Source of the DNA: the human T2T-CHM13v2.0 reference genome, Homo sapiens
DNA length: 64,000 bases
Assembly: GCF_009914755.1 (NCBI RefSeq)
Contig: NC_060942.1
Strand: one strand, 5' to 3'
The translations under genes and the position numbers were made by a program. This document shows, piece by piece, positions 11,958 through 25,218 of this stretch; positions within the stretch are counted from its first letter, which is position 1; each line of letters opens with the position of its first letter. The notes beneath the pieces were generated by a model. The model was given only the letters and a program-made list of their open reading frames with translations, did no database searches and was not told the DNA's origin.

Positions 11958-14294
11958 CTTAAATTTCATTGGAAACCTAGGAAGCAAGAAATTCCAAACT
12001 ATCAGATATTTGCATTTTATAGATGAGAACATTTCACAAATTTTAAAATCCTATTTCCCCATATCATAATCCTTTATTTATTGGCAGTGACCCAGATCTT
12101 CAATGAGCATCAAAAATAATTTTAAGATCTGAAGTTACACAAAAAGTTTATCTACAACATTTATCTCACTTACATATACCCATTTTTTTGTTTCTAATAG
12201 TTCATCTAATTTACTCTTGAAAACTGAGGTATTAGACAAAGCTAGTCATCATTTAAAGTTATTTTCTTGTTAACCATTTTCGATAGCTTAGGAATATCAA
12301 GTAATCACTTAAGTAAGAAATTTAAATACATAGTTTTTTGCCACAAAACTATAAAAAAATTATTTAATATTTTGTTTCAATTTTTAACACAAAAATATTG
12401 AATTATGAAGGGCAAGTATTTTTTAAATCATATTTCAAAGGGATATGTTCACTTATTTTTTTAAAGTAAGTTAAGATTATTTTTATTACAGAGGACTAAT
12501 TATTTACAAAATGCCATTAAACAGCTGTATGATCACACACTTACTTTCAAAAAATGTAAGCAGCACTCTCTTTAATTTTGTAGAATAATTTCAGTCATTG
12601 TAAAGTAAATATTAAGAAACTTTTTTTTAATTACAAAGTAATACCTCCTCTCCCTTCATTTATGTAATTATAGCCATGGTCCTTGACCTAAGAGATCAAA
12701 TGTGTTTTTTATAACACAGTTTTTCAGTGGTCCCATTCAGAAATAAAATCCATAGGAAAATTAAATTCTCACACTTTCCTAGACAAGAAAAAACAAAAAA
12801 TTCCAAGTGCTTGCTCTAAATGTAGAACCATGGTGTATACACAATTGCAATTGAGTGGACACAAGTGTGTTTTAACAGGAATGCAAATACAGACAGCAGA
12901 ACTGCTACTGACCTCCTGGATTCCCCAAACACTGAACAGCTCCACAATGAATTTCTGGAAATATCCAGTGTGTAATAAAGTCTGTAAAAGTATTTGGTAT
13001 TTATTTGTTGAACAAAATTAAGATCTAGTTTATTTCATCTAAATAAAGCATTTTTTTAATCATATACAGGAATGGTTGAGAGGTCATTAGGAGTTCCTAC
13101 AGGACACTGAAAAATATTGTGTTATATACAACTGTCCTGAATTCCATTCATCAATTATGATAAGAACTAAAACCCTCATGCAATTTCAGAAAAAAATCAA
13201 ACAGGGCACTACTAAATCACAGGCTTAAATCTCATAGAAGACTTTGAATGTACAAATATTACAAAAATTGATGGCTAGGTATTTTTGTTAGAGAAAATAT
13301 CAGGGCAATCAAATGCAATCAAAATAATTTAAGATTAGTCACAATTGCTGAAAATAATTATAGTGTTTGGATTACTATCAGTTGACCTTTTGTTTTTTAT
13401 TGTTTTTTTCTAACAATCTATTTCTGTCTGTCTCTCTCTCCTCTCTCTACATAATTACAAACACTTGTACACACTATATTATATATCTGTAAAATCTAGA
13501 GTGTGTCTGCTGAAAAACTAGAAACCTCCAAACAAATATCTTGATTTTGATTTCCAAAACAACTAACAATAGCCCTTCAGTCTTAGAGATATTATAATTC
13601 TTCAATTATTCTGTATTTTAGAAGAAAAGGCAAACTCAAAATTATTAGAAACTTTCATTCATGATCCCTCTGATTTGGTAACTATTCTGGAAATTTTAGT
13701 TTACTGGATTCACTTCTTTTTGGGAAACTGAATGTTGGAAAGGTGTAATGGCTACTCTGACCATGTATCTGCCTTATGTCAGATCCATAATTGCACTATG
13801 TATTATAGACTTAATTTATTTCTTCCTGATTCACATGCAGTGAATAAGACTAAAAGATCAAAATGCTTATTGGTATCATTTTTCTTATAACACCAAACAT
13901 CTGCTGCTTTCTCTTCACATAAAAGTATTATTTCTTCAAAAATTTATTTTTAATTTTAAATGATTATGTTACACGTTATTCGTAAAACTAATTATTTATA
14001 ATTTACTCTGAAAACTATAATTTATAAAGCATAATATTTGTTTAGAATCACTATTTAAAATGTCTTCAATTTTTAAAATGTTTTAATTACACATTAAAAT
14101 ACCCACGTTAGTAAAAAATATGATTTCAAATTTAGAGTGTACATCTAATTTTGCCTGGTAAAATTTTTAATTTCTGTAGCCAAATGATACTGTGTAACAT
14201 GTCACCTGAAAGTCATATATGTGCTCCTATGTTGAATGTTTTCAAAATAAATAAAGGGACAGGGATATTTTTACTTGAAATAACCTTTACAGTA

Positions 14295-16372
14295 CAGACA
14301 GACCTGGTTTTACTGTGTTTTGCTTTATTGCACCTCTCACAGACAGTGTTTTTTACAAATTGAAGATTTGCGGCAACCCTGCATTGAGCGTCTATCTGTA
14401 CCATTTCCCAACAGTATGTGTCCACTTCATGTATGTGTTCACTTCATGAATCTGTGTCACATTTTGGTAATTCTAATAGTGTTTCAAACTTTTTAATTAT
14501 TATTACATCTATTATGTTAATTATGTTAACTTGTGATAAGTGATTTTTCATGTTAGTATTTTCATTGTTTTGGGACCCCATAAACTGTGACCATATAAAA
14601 CAGTGAACCTAATTGATTAATGTTGTGTGTTCTGATTACTTCAATATTTGACTGTTCCCTTATCTTTCTCCCTCCCCTTGAGCCTTCCTATCCCCTGAGA
14701 CACAATAATGTTGAAATTGGGACAATTAATGACCTTCAGTGGCCTCTGAGAGTTCCAATTAAAGGAAGAGTTCAAAGCTTTTCACATTAAATCAAAAGCT
14801 AGAAATGAATGACATGTCTAAATCAGAGGTAGTCTGAAAGCCAGAGCTCTTGCACTGGTTAGCCACGTTGTTAAGGCAAAGAAAAGGTCTCAAGGAAATT
14901 AAAATTGCTACTTCAGTGGAAGCACCAAAGGTAAGAATGAGATAAAGACTTATTTCTGATACAGAGAAAGTTTGAATAGTCTGGATAGAAGATCAAACCA
15001 GCCACAACATTCCCTTAAGCAAAAGCCTAATCCAGCGCATAGCCCTCTCAATTCTATGAAGACTCAGAGAGGCTAGGACGCAGCAGAAGCAAAGTTTAAA
15101 GCTAGCGGAAGTTTGTTCATGAGTTGGAGGACAGAAGCCATCTTCATAATATAAAAGTGCAAGGTGAAGAGGCAAGTTGTCCAGAAGATCTAGTTAAGAT
15201 AATTGATGAAGATGGGTACACTAAACAATAGTTTTTCAATGCGGACAAAACAGTCTTCTGTTGGAAGAGGAGGCCATCTAGAACTTTCATACGTAGAAAG
15301 AAGTGAAATGACAACAAAGGATTTAGTATATATTAATAGCATAAACTTAGTTGATAAAGCATCAGTAGGGTTTGAGAGGATTGTCTCCAATTTTGAAAGT
15401 TCCACTGTGGGTAAAATGCTATCAAACACCATCGCATGCTACACAGAAATCTTTCGTGAAAGGGACAATCAATGCAGCAAATTTCATTGTTGTCTTGTTT
15501 TAAAATATTGCCAGAACCACTCCAAACTTTAGCAACCACCACTCTGATTAGTCAGCAGCTGTCATCATCAGGAAAGGCCCTCCACTAGCTGAAAAATTAC
15601 AACGTGCTGAAGACTCACATGATTATAGTAATAAAGTATTTTTGATTAACCCTTATTCCATTCAGAAAAGAAAAAAGCACAGCTCACTGCCAGTGCTCAT
15701 TTAATTTTACATAAATACGTTCTTTGAGGCTGAAGCAAATCTGGCTGATTTTTTCAATGTGAAAATAAAATATAAAAACTGTTCTTGGAGGTAATTCTAC
15801 ATGGAACTAACGTCAGAATTATCTGAATCAGAATCGTCTACTTCAGAAAAATTGGATTCATCAAATTAATCTTCGGTCAACAATTGTTCAAGAATGCTGT
15901 TAACATCACATGTAGAAATGTTTAGTTTTCTAGGATTTGGCATTTTTAATGATAAAGAATTACTACATTTTGTAAATGGAAATGCCACTATTAAAAACAG
16001 AATGTTTTTGTTTCCAAAGTCAATATACTAGAGCTTTGCGAAAATAATAATAAAAGCAAGGTATTTAATGGCAAACTTATTTCTGGGTAAATGCTGCAGT
16101 CGCAAGCACCATGGGTTAGTATTCTTGTAGGGGCAAACAGGAAATAAGGTATATACATTGTATATAACTTATGTGTATAGGTAATGTAATGTAAGGTATA
16201 TATGTTGTGTATACCTTATATATGCTCTTGCATATATAATAAGCTACAGTATAGTGTAAATATAACATTTATATGCACTAAGAAACAAAAAAAAATGTTA
16301 CTTGCTTTATTGCAATATTTCTTTTTTGAGGTGGCCTGCAACAGAACTTGCCATATCTCTGATGTATGTCTA
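14295..16372 (+). mobile_element. Tigger1 DNA transposon, both ends present, internally deleted
   Basis: TA-CAGACAGACCTGGTTTTACTG left end and ATATCTCTGATGTATGTCTA-TA right end match Tigger1 TIRs; transposase remnant [41 protein letters not shown] in ORF 15203-15532. Confidence 0.92.
15650..16144 (-). mobile_element. MER75 piggyBac-family MITE nested in Tigger1
   Basis: TTAA (15646-15649) then CCCTTATTCCATTCAGAAAA; body CTTTGAGGCTGAAGCAAATCTGGCTGATT...TTTCCAAAGTCAATATACTAGAGC...GGGGCAAACAGGAAA; Tigger1 resumes TAAGGTATATACATTG. Confidence 0.88.
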
Positions 16373-16849
16373 TAATATCCTACTTGAAAATATACTGGTG
16401 GAAATACATTTTGTTGCATACTTAAAAAAATAAACTATTCAAAGTAGGATATATAAAAACCAGAAATTTTCCCATTTAATTAGTTGGATATTCACATGAG
16501 GGAAGCATATGGAAATAAACTAATAGTCACTACAGAAACAGTAATGCTCACATTATGGAGACTGATAGTGAGTGTGTGTGTGTGTGTGTTAAATAACAGC
16601 ATTCATGGTTCTTTTGAACATTTTGGCAAAGATGATGTTTGCTGATTAGCATATACATAATTTTCTTTCTTTTTTTATTTTAAAGGATAAAAACATCATC
16701 TTGTTAAAATATTGTTGATTTAAAGTTATATTATCGGATGCTTATTATAATGACTCATGAGAAATCAGACAGAGTCAGATCCCCTCACTTCATGAGCACA
16801 GATGATATACTAACTTGAGAAAGAGACACTTGGCTGGATGGGAATTCTG

Positions 16850-17175
16850 GTTCCTGTGCTATCACACTATTTCCTCCGTTTATTTGCTTGGATAACTCCT
16901 TCTCATTTTTATTGTTTCAGTTTACATGTTACTTTTCCCAAAAGACGTTTCTTATTCCTTAACCTTAATCTGGATTATCATTTTGTTATGGGCTTCATGA
17001 ATTTTAACTACTCTTATCATCTCTTCACACTTTTATGAGAGTTCATCTCAGTGTCTTGCTCTTTTATGGGTTGAAAACTCTGAAGATAGAAAAACCCCAG
17101 CACACACGGATTTATTACTCTATCCTAATCTCGATCAGATGGCCTGGTTTAGAGTAATCATTTACTGAAAAAATA
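16850..17175 (+). mobile_element. L2 3' end fragment
   Basis: GCTTGGATAACTCCTTCTCATT...CAGTTTACATGTTACTT...GAAAACTCTGAAGATAGA...GCCTGG pattern. Confidence 0.5.
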
Positions 17176-17241
17176 AAAACAAAACATAGACTTAAGAAAG
17201 AAAAATACATACATACATACATAAGTAAATAAATAATAAAA

Positions 17242-17554
17242 GGCAAGACACGTCAGCTCATACCTATAATCCCAGCATTTTAGGAGGCCTAGGTGGGAGG
17301 AATCACTAGAGGTCAGGAATTCGAGACCAGTCTGGTCAACATAGTGAAACCCTGTCTCTACAAATAAAGTGTAGAAATCACCTGGGAATGGATGGCATGC
17401 ACCTGTAGTCCCAGCTACATGGGAGGGTGAAGTGGGAGGACTGCTTGAGTCCAGGAGTCAAGGCTTCAGTGGTCCATGATTGCACAACTGCACTCCAACT
17501 TGGATAACCAGAGCAAGGTCCTGTCTCAAAAAAAAAAAAAGAAAAAATAAATAA
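17242..17554 (+). mobile_element. AluJ SINE
   Basis: J-type right arm (GGAGGACTGCTTGAGTCCAGGAGTCAAGGCTTCAGTG...CCATGATTG), high divergence, A tail, flanking repeat AATAAAAGGCAA. Confidence 0.9.
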
Positions 17555-17799
17555 AATAAAAGGCAAACTAATTTTGCCATCTGCAATGGTGTATGGTATA
17601 TAAGAAGTCAAATGAATAAATGAACAAATGAAAATATTTAAAAATAAAACAAATAATGGTTGTTTACTGCACCATATCTTGTAAATACACCTTATATAGC
17701 TGTTACTGCATTTTATTGCCATCAAAAACATCTTGGCTGCATTCCATTTTGATTTGACAGCATTTTGTTTGAACAGAGGTTTGGCAGTATGAGGTGGGT

Positions 17800-18026
17800 C
17801 AGCCCAACGTTGCTGCCTTTGAAGGTGATGGCAGTGGCAGCTAGTTGGCAACCTTAAGGAGCTGGAAAAGGCAAGCAAATAAATTATCCCCTAGTGCCTC
17901 CCAAAGAAATGCATCCCTGTATACCCATTGCAGATTTCTGACCTCCAGAACTATAAGATAATAGATTCATGTTAAGGCACTATGTTTCTGGTTATTTCTT
18001 AGAGCAGCAATAGGAAACTCGTGCAG
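17800..18026 (+). mobile_element. MLT1 (MaLR) LTR 3' fragment
   Basis: GAGCTGGAAAAGGCAAG...CCCCTAGTGCCTCC...TTCTGACCTCCAGAACTATAAGATAATA...AGCAGCAATAGGAAACT. Confidence 0.75.
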
Positions 18027-18345
18027 ATTTGACATATTCAGTGTCAGGACTGACGTCTTGTCCTTCGCAATCTCTTCTTCCATCTATGTTTATAATATTC
18101 TTACATCTACCTGCCCTGTGTGCAACCTCAGCCTCCAGGTGGAATGGCTTCACTTCCTTCACACTTCTTGTGATGATTGCTGCCCTTTATTCTCTGCTTT
18201 CTGGCTCCACTCTGAGTGTCTTTTGGCTTTTTCTCTTCATCTCATTTTTTGACAGTGATTCTTTAATGGGCTATGCTAATTAACACCACACTTCCTGTTT
18301 AAAATCTCAATGCCAGTCCACTTCATTAGTAATGGTTAAGACATT

Positions 18346-18524
18346 CTATATATATGGAATGTGTGTGTATGTGTGTACGTGTATATATATATATATACAT
18401 ATGTATGTACATATATACATACATATATATGTGTGTATATATACATGTATATATATGTACATATATATGTACACATATATATATCCATACATATATATGT
18501 GTGTGTGTATATATATATATATAT
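18346..18524. repeat. Compound (TA)n/(TG)n/(TACA)n microsatellite
   Basis: Direct reading; source of the Y/I/H/V-rich spurious ORFs at 18326-18577. Confidence 0.95.
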
Positions 18525-19089
18525 CGCCATTCTATATAGACTTTCCTAATATCAGTGAGCAGGGTTAAAGTTCCCATGAAACCTCATGCTCACTTTGGGT
18601 GAGGAACCAACTAAAGCTGATTCCACAGCCGTTGTACTCATTCATATATTATACCTAAGACATTACTCCTTGACCTCATCGGAGACTAAAAATATAGCAG
18701 TTTTTCTATCTTATGTTCCCAGCACCCAGTACCAGGCCAGATGATTATCACATAGCAGGTGTTAAATTAGTAAAGTTCTTTTTGATTGAAAGAGATTACA
18801 AAACACACTGAAATACAACTAATGTATGGACAAGATACTTCAGGGACCACAAACTTATTTTGTAGCCATTGAGATGACTGCTTAGATAAATATTAAAAGT
18901 GAAAATTAACTTCCCAATCAAAAGTAGAAATCATAACATTGCTATTTAATAATTGTCCCATCAGCTGAATAAAATGCTCTTGAAGATTCAGTATGATTTG
19001 AGGACTATAGATTCTCTATTTCTAGTAAGTAGATAGTTATAGCGAAAGGATTATCTTTGAACATGTATCACACTTTTGTTTTTAACTTC

Positions 19090-19490
19090 AGAAATTCCTG
19101 AGTGGCTATTCCATGACATTTTGGTGGAGTACAACATGTGCCAAAATAGTGACTTGATTAGGTTAAATTAAGAAAAGTGGAAAGTATTTTAACATATATG
19201 TAGCAACAATGGAGAGGTTATGGCAAATATATTTGATTCGGAGACCAGAAAATTACAGTGCATAATGTTTTCTGACTTGTTATGACCTGGACCTTTAATC
19301 CAAATTTAGTATCTTGACATCAGAATGTAAGAAGACTGTCCTCACATTGTCTGCACATAGATTGAAAATGACTTCATATAGATGAAATGGTCAAAAACAA
19401 ATGGAATGAAACTTGATATGGAGGGGAAACAAACTCACTTATAATATGAAAAGCTATTGCTTGTAGAAATATATCTGGAAAAATGAAAAG
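19090..19490 (+). mobile_element. Possible L3/CR1 relic
   Basis: CCATGACATTTTGGTGGAG and GATGAAATGGTCAAAAACAAATGGAATGAAACTTGATATGGAG resemble CR1 ORF2 segments; very diverged. Confidence 0.35.
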
Positions 19491-19890
19491 GTCAAAGCTG
19501 CTTCTGTTAAAAACTGTTAATAAACTATATAATTTATTAACAATTCTCCAAAGAGAATATGCTACTGAATATGATAAGGCTTAAGTTACCAACAGACTGG
19601 TGACAATAATTTCCTCTTATTTGTCAATTACGTGGGAACATTAAAAATAATCAATCAAATATCTCAAGTAATAAACTCTCTTCTCATTTGGGGTAACATG
19701 GATTAATGGTAGAAATTAAAAGAGTATTGCATTCTCATCCTTTTAGGAAATTGCAAAATGTTCCAATAATGAATGATACATTGAGAGTAATTTTGAATAA
19801 AGTTTTTCCCAACTTCCTTGTAAAATATATAAGAAGAGGTTAAAAAGAAAGAAGGAAATTACAGCTTGGCAAAAAATAACACACAATTAG

Positions 19891-20275
<385 letters not shown>

Positions 20276-21357
20276 AAAACCAGAATCCAGATAGTATAGT
20301 CACTAAAAATGTTTTTAAAGTAGTTAATGGAGGAAAACCTATATAGGCACAACTGTGTAACATAAGCCAATTTACTTCATAAACATTTATGTGAAAAAGA
20401 TAAGCTGACACTTCCCATTTCTCTCAAAGTCTGATTTATGACCCAGATACCTAGATAGATTTCTGTAACAAGAAAGCTGTGTTCTGTGTCGCTGTCCCTC
20501 TACAACCATGGTTTCCCCACCTTGGTAGCACAGGGTTACGAATATCTCCATGCTCTTGACAACCAGCCTTTCTCAAATAAGGCTCCTCATTTGAAGCACT
20601 GAATACAATAAATTATAGGAGTGACTATTTTCTCAATTATACCAACAAGAGCATAGAGCTAGTAACAGTATAGAATACATAGGAGAGTAACTGCTTATAT
20701 GGATGACTTAGATCTTTAGAATTCTTCTGTCACACAACTAGTTAGGATGTTTTGGTTTAGGACCTAAGTATCAGTACCACACAGGGGCTGCTTTGTGAAG
20801 GCATCAGTAGTGTACTCCTTCTTTTTATCTCTCATCTCATGACAAACAATATTTCTAAATTTATGCAGAGAATGAAAACCTTAGGAAACAGATGCAAGAG
20901 AAGAGTAAGTAGATTGGCATTCCGGAAAAATAGAAACCATGTATAAGGTATAATATGGAACTGAGATAGAAAGGACCCCAGTGTAAGAGCATCACGAGAA
21001 TTCACATTTATCAAGGAATCAATAAGATGCATTTTATCAGAATAAGATGTTGGAAAAAGAGGAGGCCGCTTTGCCAAGACAACTGCAGCTTGTCAATGCC
21101 CCCTCAAATGTACTGAAAGCTATTTGTAGTAGCTGAACTACTACGGTACACTGTTAAACAAACGCTGCATGTGTATAGGTCTTACTATGCTTGAGACTAA
21201 GTGAAAACAAACCAAAAAATAACACGGTGCCTAAGAAAAATGCTTCTGAACAAAACTGAGATGAAACTTTCAATTTTCATTCAACAGTATTTACTAAAGG
21301 GTACTGGTGAGTTGTGGAATCTTGGTGATTTGCTTTTTCAGCATTTTTTTTATATAT

Positions 21358-21660
21358 GTTTTTTTCTTTTTGAGACAGAGTCTCACTCTGTTGCCCAGGC
21401 TGGAGGGCAGTGATGACATCTCAGCTCATTGCCAGCTCCACCTCCACCTCCTGGGTTCAAGCGATTCTCATGTTTCAGCCTCCCATGTAGCTGGGACTAC
21501 AGGTGTGTGCTACCACACCCAGCTAATTTTTGTATTTTTAAGTAGAGATGGGTTTTCACCATGTTGGCCAGGCTTGTTTCCAACTCTTGACCTCCAGTGG
21601 TCTGCCCATCTTGGCCTCCCAAAGTGCTGGAATTACAGGTGTGAGCCACTGTGCCCACCC
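21358..21660 (-). mobile_element. AluS (Sx/Sz-like) SINE
   Basis: T-tract, then GAGACAGAGTCTCACTCTGTTGCCCAGGCTGG...CCCAAAGTGCTGGAATTACAGGTGTGAGCCACTGTGCCC. Confidence 0.93.
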
Positions 21661-21679
21661 TTCATATATTTGTGAAACT

Positions 21680-22540
21680 AAAGAGTTATGTAATGTTTGA
21701 AAGATAAAATTAATGAGAATACTATGTGTTAAAACATGGAAAACCCACCAAAGTAATACTCGGTGGAAATTTATAATTTTAATTGCAAAAACAATAGCAA
21801 ATCCAGAAGGACTAATAGAGAAACACAAGCACTATTTTTTAAGATTGATATAAAAATAAACCAAACTCTGCTAATTGTAATTCAAAAAAAAGAGATAAAT
21901 GAATTTCATGCTATGAAAAATTAAAACAGTAATATACTCATATTGAAAAATTTAAAAGTTGTAAGTCTTTTTGATGTCAAAGTTTCTACTAATAAATTTC
22001 AAATTTGGAAAAATGAACAAATTTCTGGGAATATATAAATGAACAAAGATCACCTAACAAATAAAAATCAGAATATAACAATAGTTTTGTATATTATGCT
22101 ATTTTCTGTATCAATCTCTCCTAATTTAATGACAGAATGCTTTTTAAATCGTAAAGAAACAGATAATTCTTTCCCTTTTTAGTCTGATCTGAAGCACAGA
22201 AAAAGATGTTTCAAATTTATTTATATATTCTAGTATTAACCTGATATTCCAAATTGCAAAAGATAGAGGAGGAAAAATGTACAGACAAATTTCAATATCG
22301 AATATTGTCAAGGGTATTTGGAAAAATGGGTACTTTGATAAAAAGGCTGTTGAGAATAAATTAGGATAAGATTTCTGGAGGGCAAACTGTGGATATCAAA
22401 AGAAATACAGCTTAGAAATGGGCATGGATATATTGAAAGAGCTATCTATAAAGATATTCATCAAATATTATGTATAAGAGCAAAACAACAAAAGCAATAA
22501 AATGTGCAATAATTTGATATTTGTTAAATGAATTTTTCAC
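21680..22540 (+). mobile_element. Highly decayed L1M fragments
   Basis: A-rich with ORF2-like relics (AAAATGAACAAATTTCTGGGAATATATAAAT; AGTATTAACCTGATATTCCAAA...TACAGACAAATTTCAAT). Confidence 0.5.
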
Positions 22541-22559
22541 CATGCAAATAAGCAATTAG

Positions 22560-22651
22560 CACTTAAGTTTTGGGGGAGTCAAAAGCTGTATATGGATTTT
22601 CTACTGTGTGGCAGGGAGGTGCCTCCAACCCCATTGTTCAAGGTTCAACTG
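22560..22651 (+). mobile_element. Tigger2/MER8-family terminal fragment
   Basis: TTAAGTTTTGGGGGAGTCAAAAGCTGTATATGGATTTTCTACTG...TTGTTCAAGGTTCAACTG followed by TA. Confidence 0.75.
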
Positions 22652-23771
22652 TAGTTTATAGTTTGCCCTCCATCTAATAATTAGTTATTCATAGCCTTCT
22701 TGGTGGCAGAAGGTGACCTAAAACAACTTTCAACTTATATTTTTAATCCTAAGTATCTTAATATTTTGAAAAATCTATTTAACTGCACCAATAATTTATA
22801 TGAGTTTTAAAAATAATATCATAATATATAAATATACTTTAAATTGAAGGACAAATTTGTCAAGATTTTATGCTGTTAAAGGCTATTAATTCCCAATACA
22901 GCTCTTTGCTGATGAAAACAGAGATGAGATTCCGTCTTCTCTGCAACAAATTTGATAAACATTTTCTCATGTAAATATTTCCTAGGCATACACTTCCTGT
23001 GGTACATTGCATCAAGAATGTGGGGACAGTGCAAATATTGGAAGTCTAACAAGTTATAGTAGAATCCTGTTTAAATAGCATAGCTTCTTTGGAGATTTGT
23101 GCTTTTTATTCCAAATGATAAAGATTCTCTTCATAATATGTTAATATAAAAATTTCTCAATTCTATAGGTGATAAAGAAGAGAAAAATAACGCCTTTAAC
23201 AGAGACAGTGTTTGATTATTTTATGTTACATGGGAGGGAAACACAGCTTTTAACCAAACAGAGATGGGTAGTTTAATGTATTGCTGAAGATGAACTGTAG
23301 CTTTTCCATAATATAAACTTGATGATAAATTTCATAATGAAGGAAACTGACACAGTAATGAATGAGTAAAATTTTGTGATTTTACACTTGTAGGAAGTTG
23401 AAGGGATCAATGAATTTGATTACTGCATTTACATTAATATTATCACTTACCCCAGCTTCTTGCTCCATTAGTCACACTGGTCTGGCATTCTGTAGAGAGA
23501 AAAGCAATTTATTTAAGCCAACTAATGTATCTTACTTGGATACAAGGAGTCAAGTGAATTCTTGGTAGAAATTGTGTCCATCACAAAACATGGGATCTCA
23601 TACAATTAATTTTTTTTTTACTTAATGAAATTGTCTTTTACATAGATGAATTACAGTCTTATTGATAATAAAATATGGTTGTTGTTGTTTTTATTTTTTT
23701 TACAAAATCCTACTTTTAACACCAAATATATTCACCTTCAGGAAGATCTAGTATCCCTCTTGTCAAACTTA

Positions 23772-24219
23772 ACTGATGATATGATTGTTTACCTAGAAAA
23801 CCCTAAAGATTCTTCCAGAAAGCTCTTAGAACTGATAGAAGAATTCAGCGAAGTTTCCACATACAAAATTAATGCACAAAAATCAGTAGCTCCTCTATAC
23901 ACCAATAGCAACCAAGCAGACAATCAAATCAAGAACTCAACCGTTTTTACAATAGCTTCAAAAAACAAAAAAATACATAGGAATATACCTAACTGAGGAG
24001 GGGAAAGAACTCTACAAGGAAAACTACAAAACACTGCTGAAAGAAATAATAGATGACACAAACAAATGGAAGGACATACTCTGCTTATGAATGGGTAGAA
24101 TCAATATTGCGAAAATGATCATACTGCGAAAATAAATCTACAAGTTTAATGCAATTCCTGTCAAAATACCACCATCATTCTTCACAAAACAAGAAAAAAA
24201 AATTCTAAAATTCATATGA
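23772..24219 (+). mobile_element. L1PB1-like LINE, 5'-truncated, first segment (ORF2 RT region)
   Basis: [40 protein letters not shown]; resumes colinearly at 30531 after the nested insertion. Confidence 0.88.
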
Positions 24220-25218
24220 TGATTACTCAGCAAGATGGCCAAATAGGAACAACTCCAGTCTACAGCTCCCAGTGTGAGGGACGCAGAAGACAGGTGATTT
24301 CTGCATTTCCAACTGAGGTACTGAGTTCCTCTCTCTGGGGCTTGTTGGAAAGTGGGTGCAGTCCACGGAGCATGGTGGGGCATCGCCTCACCTGGGAAGC
24401 GCAAGGGGTCGGGGAATTCCCTTTCCTAGCCAAGGGAATCTGTGACAGAAGGTACCTGGAAAATCAGGAAACTCCCACCCTAATACTGCGCTTTCCCAAC
24501 AATCTTAGGAAACGGCACACCAGGAGATTATATCCCGCACATGGCTCAGAGGGTTCCATGCCCACAGAGCCTCGATCACTGCTAGCACAGCAGTCTGAGA
24601 TCAAACTGCAAGGCAGCCGCAAGGCTGGGGGAGTGGCATCCTCCATTGCTGAGGCTTGAGTAGGTAAACAAAGCGGCCTGGAAGCTCGAACTGGGTGGAG
24701 CCCACTGCAGCTCAGGCAGGCCTGCCTGCCTCTGTAGACCCACCTCTGGGGGGAAAGCATAGCGAATAAAAGGCAGCAGAAACTTCTGCAGACATAAACA
24801 TCCCTGTCTGACAGCTTTGAAGAGAGTAGTGGTTCCCCCAGCACCGAGTTTGAGATCTGAGAACAGACAGACTGCCTCCTCAAGCAGGTCTCTGACCCTG
24901 AGTAGCCTAACTGGGAGACACCTCCCAGAAGGGGCCTACTGACACCTCATACAGCCAGGTGCCCCTCTGAGATGAAGCTTCCAGAGGAAGGATCAGGCAG
25001 CAACATTTGCCGTTCTGCAATATTTGCTGTTCTGCAGCCTCTGCTGGTGATATCCAGGCAAACAGCGTCTAGAGTGGACATCCAGCAAACTCCAACAGAC
25101 CTGTAACTGAGGGTCCTGACTGTTAGAAGGAAAACTAACAAACAGAAAGGACATCCAAACCAAAACCCCATCTGTATGTCACCATCATCAAAGACAAAAG
25201 GTAAATAAAACCACAAAG
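24220..25218 (+). promoter_or_regulatory. L1 5' UTR internal sense/antisense promoter region
   Basis: Complete 5' UTR with YY1 motif CAAGATGGCC (24231-24240); most CpGs decayed; activity unknown. Confidence 0.7.
24464..24646 (-). pseudogene. L1 antisense ORF0 homolog, 60 aa, ending at a premature stop
   Basis: MEDATPPALRLPCSLISDCCASSDRGSVGMEPSEPCAGYNLLVCRFLRLLGKRSIRVGVS* aligns with primate ORF0 MAGAPPPASLPPCSLISDCCAS...RNIRVGVTRFS. Confidence 0.8.

Larger units (their letters stand above)
7780..12350 (-). mobile_element. MER66/MER4-group ERV1 internal sequence, non-coding and 5'-truncated
   Basis: Contiguous with the polypurine tract and LTR; typical MER4-group internal blocks (CAGATTCTTTTTGAACTTATGCAAACAACCACATTGCCATG; GTCATTTTACTTTAGGACAAAAATTTACC); no second LTR seen. 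Confidence 0.75.

Noticed and set aside
7780-12350. Retroviral gag/pol/env coding capacity
   Set aside because: No ORF with recognisable retroviral motifs; MER4-group internal sequence is largely non-coding
17378-17878. 166-aa minus-strand ORF and other Alu-overlapping ORFs (19897, 21307, 40519, 42740, 61011-61353)
   Set aside because: Typical Alu-derived peptides ([15 protein letters not shown]); no gene structure
18326-18577. Five overlapping Y/I/H/V/C-rich ORFs (also 10165-10473 and 47682-47921)
   Set aside because: Translations of TA/TG/CA microsatellites
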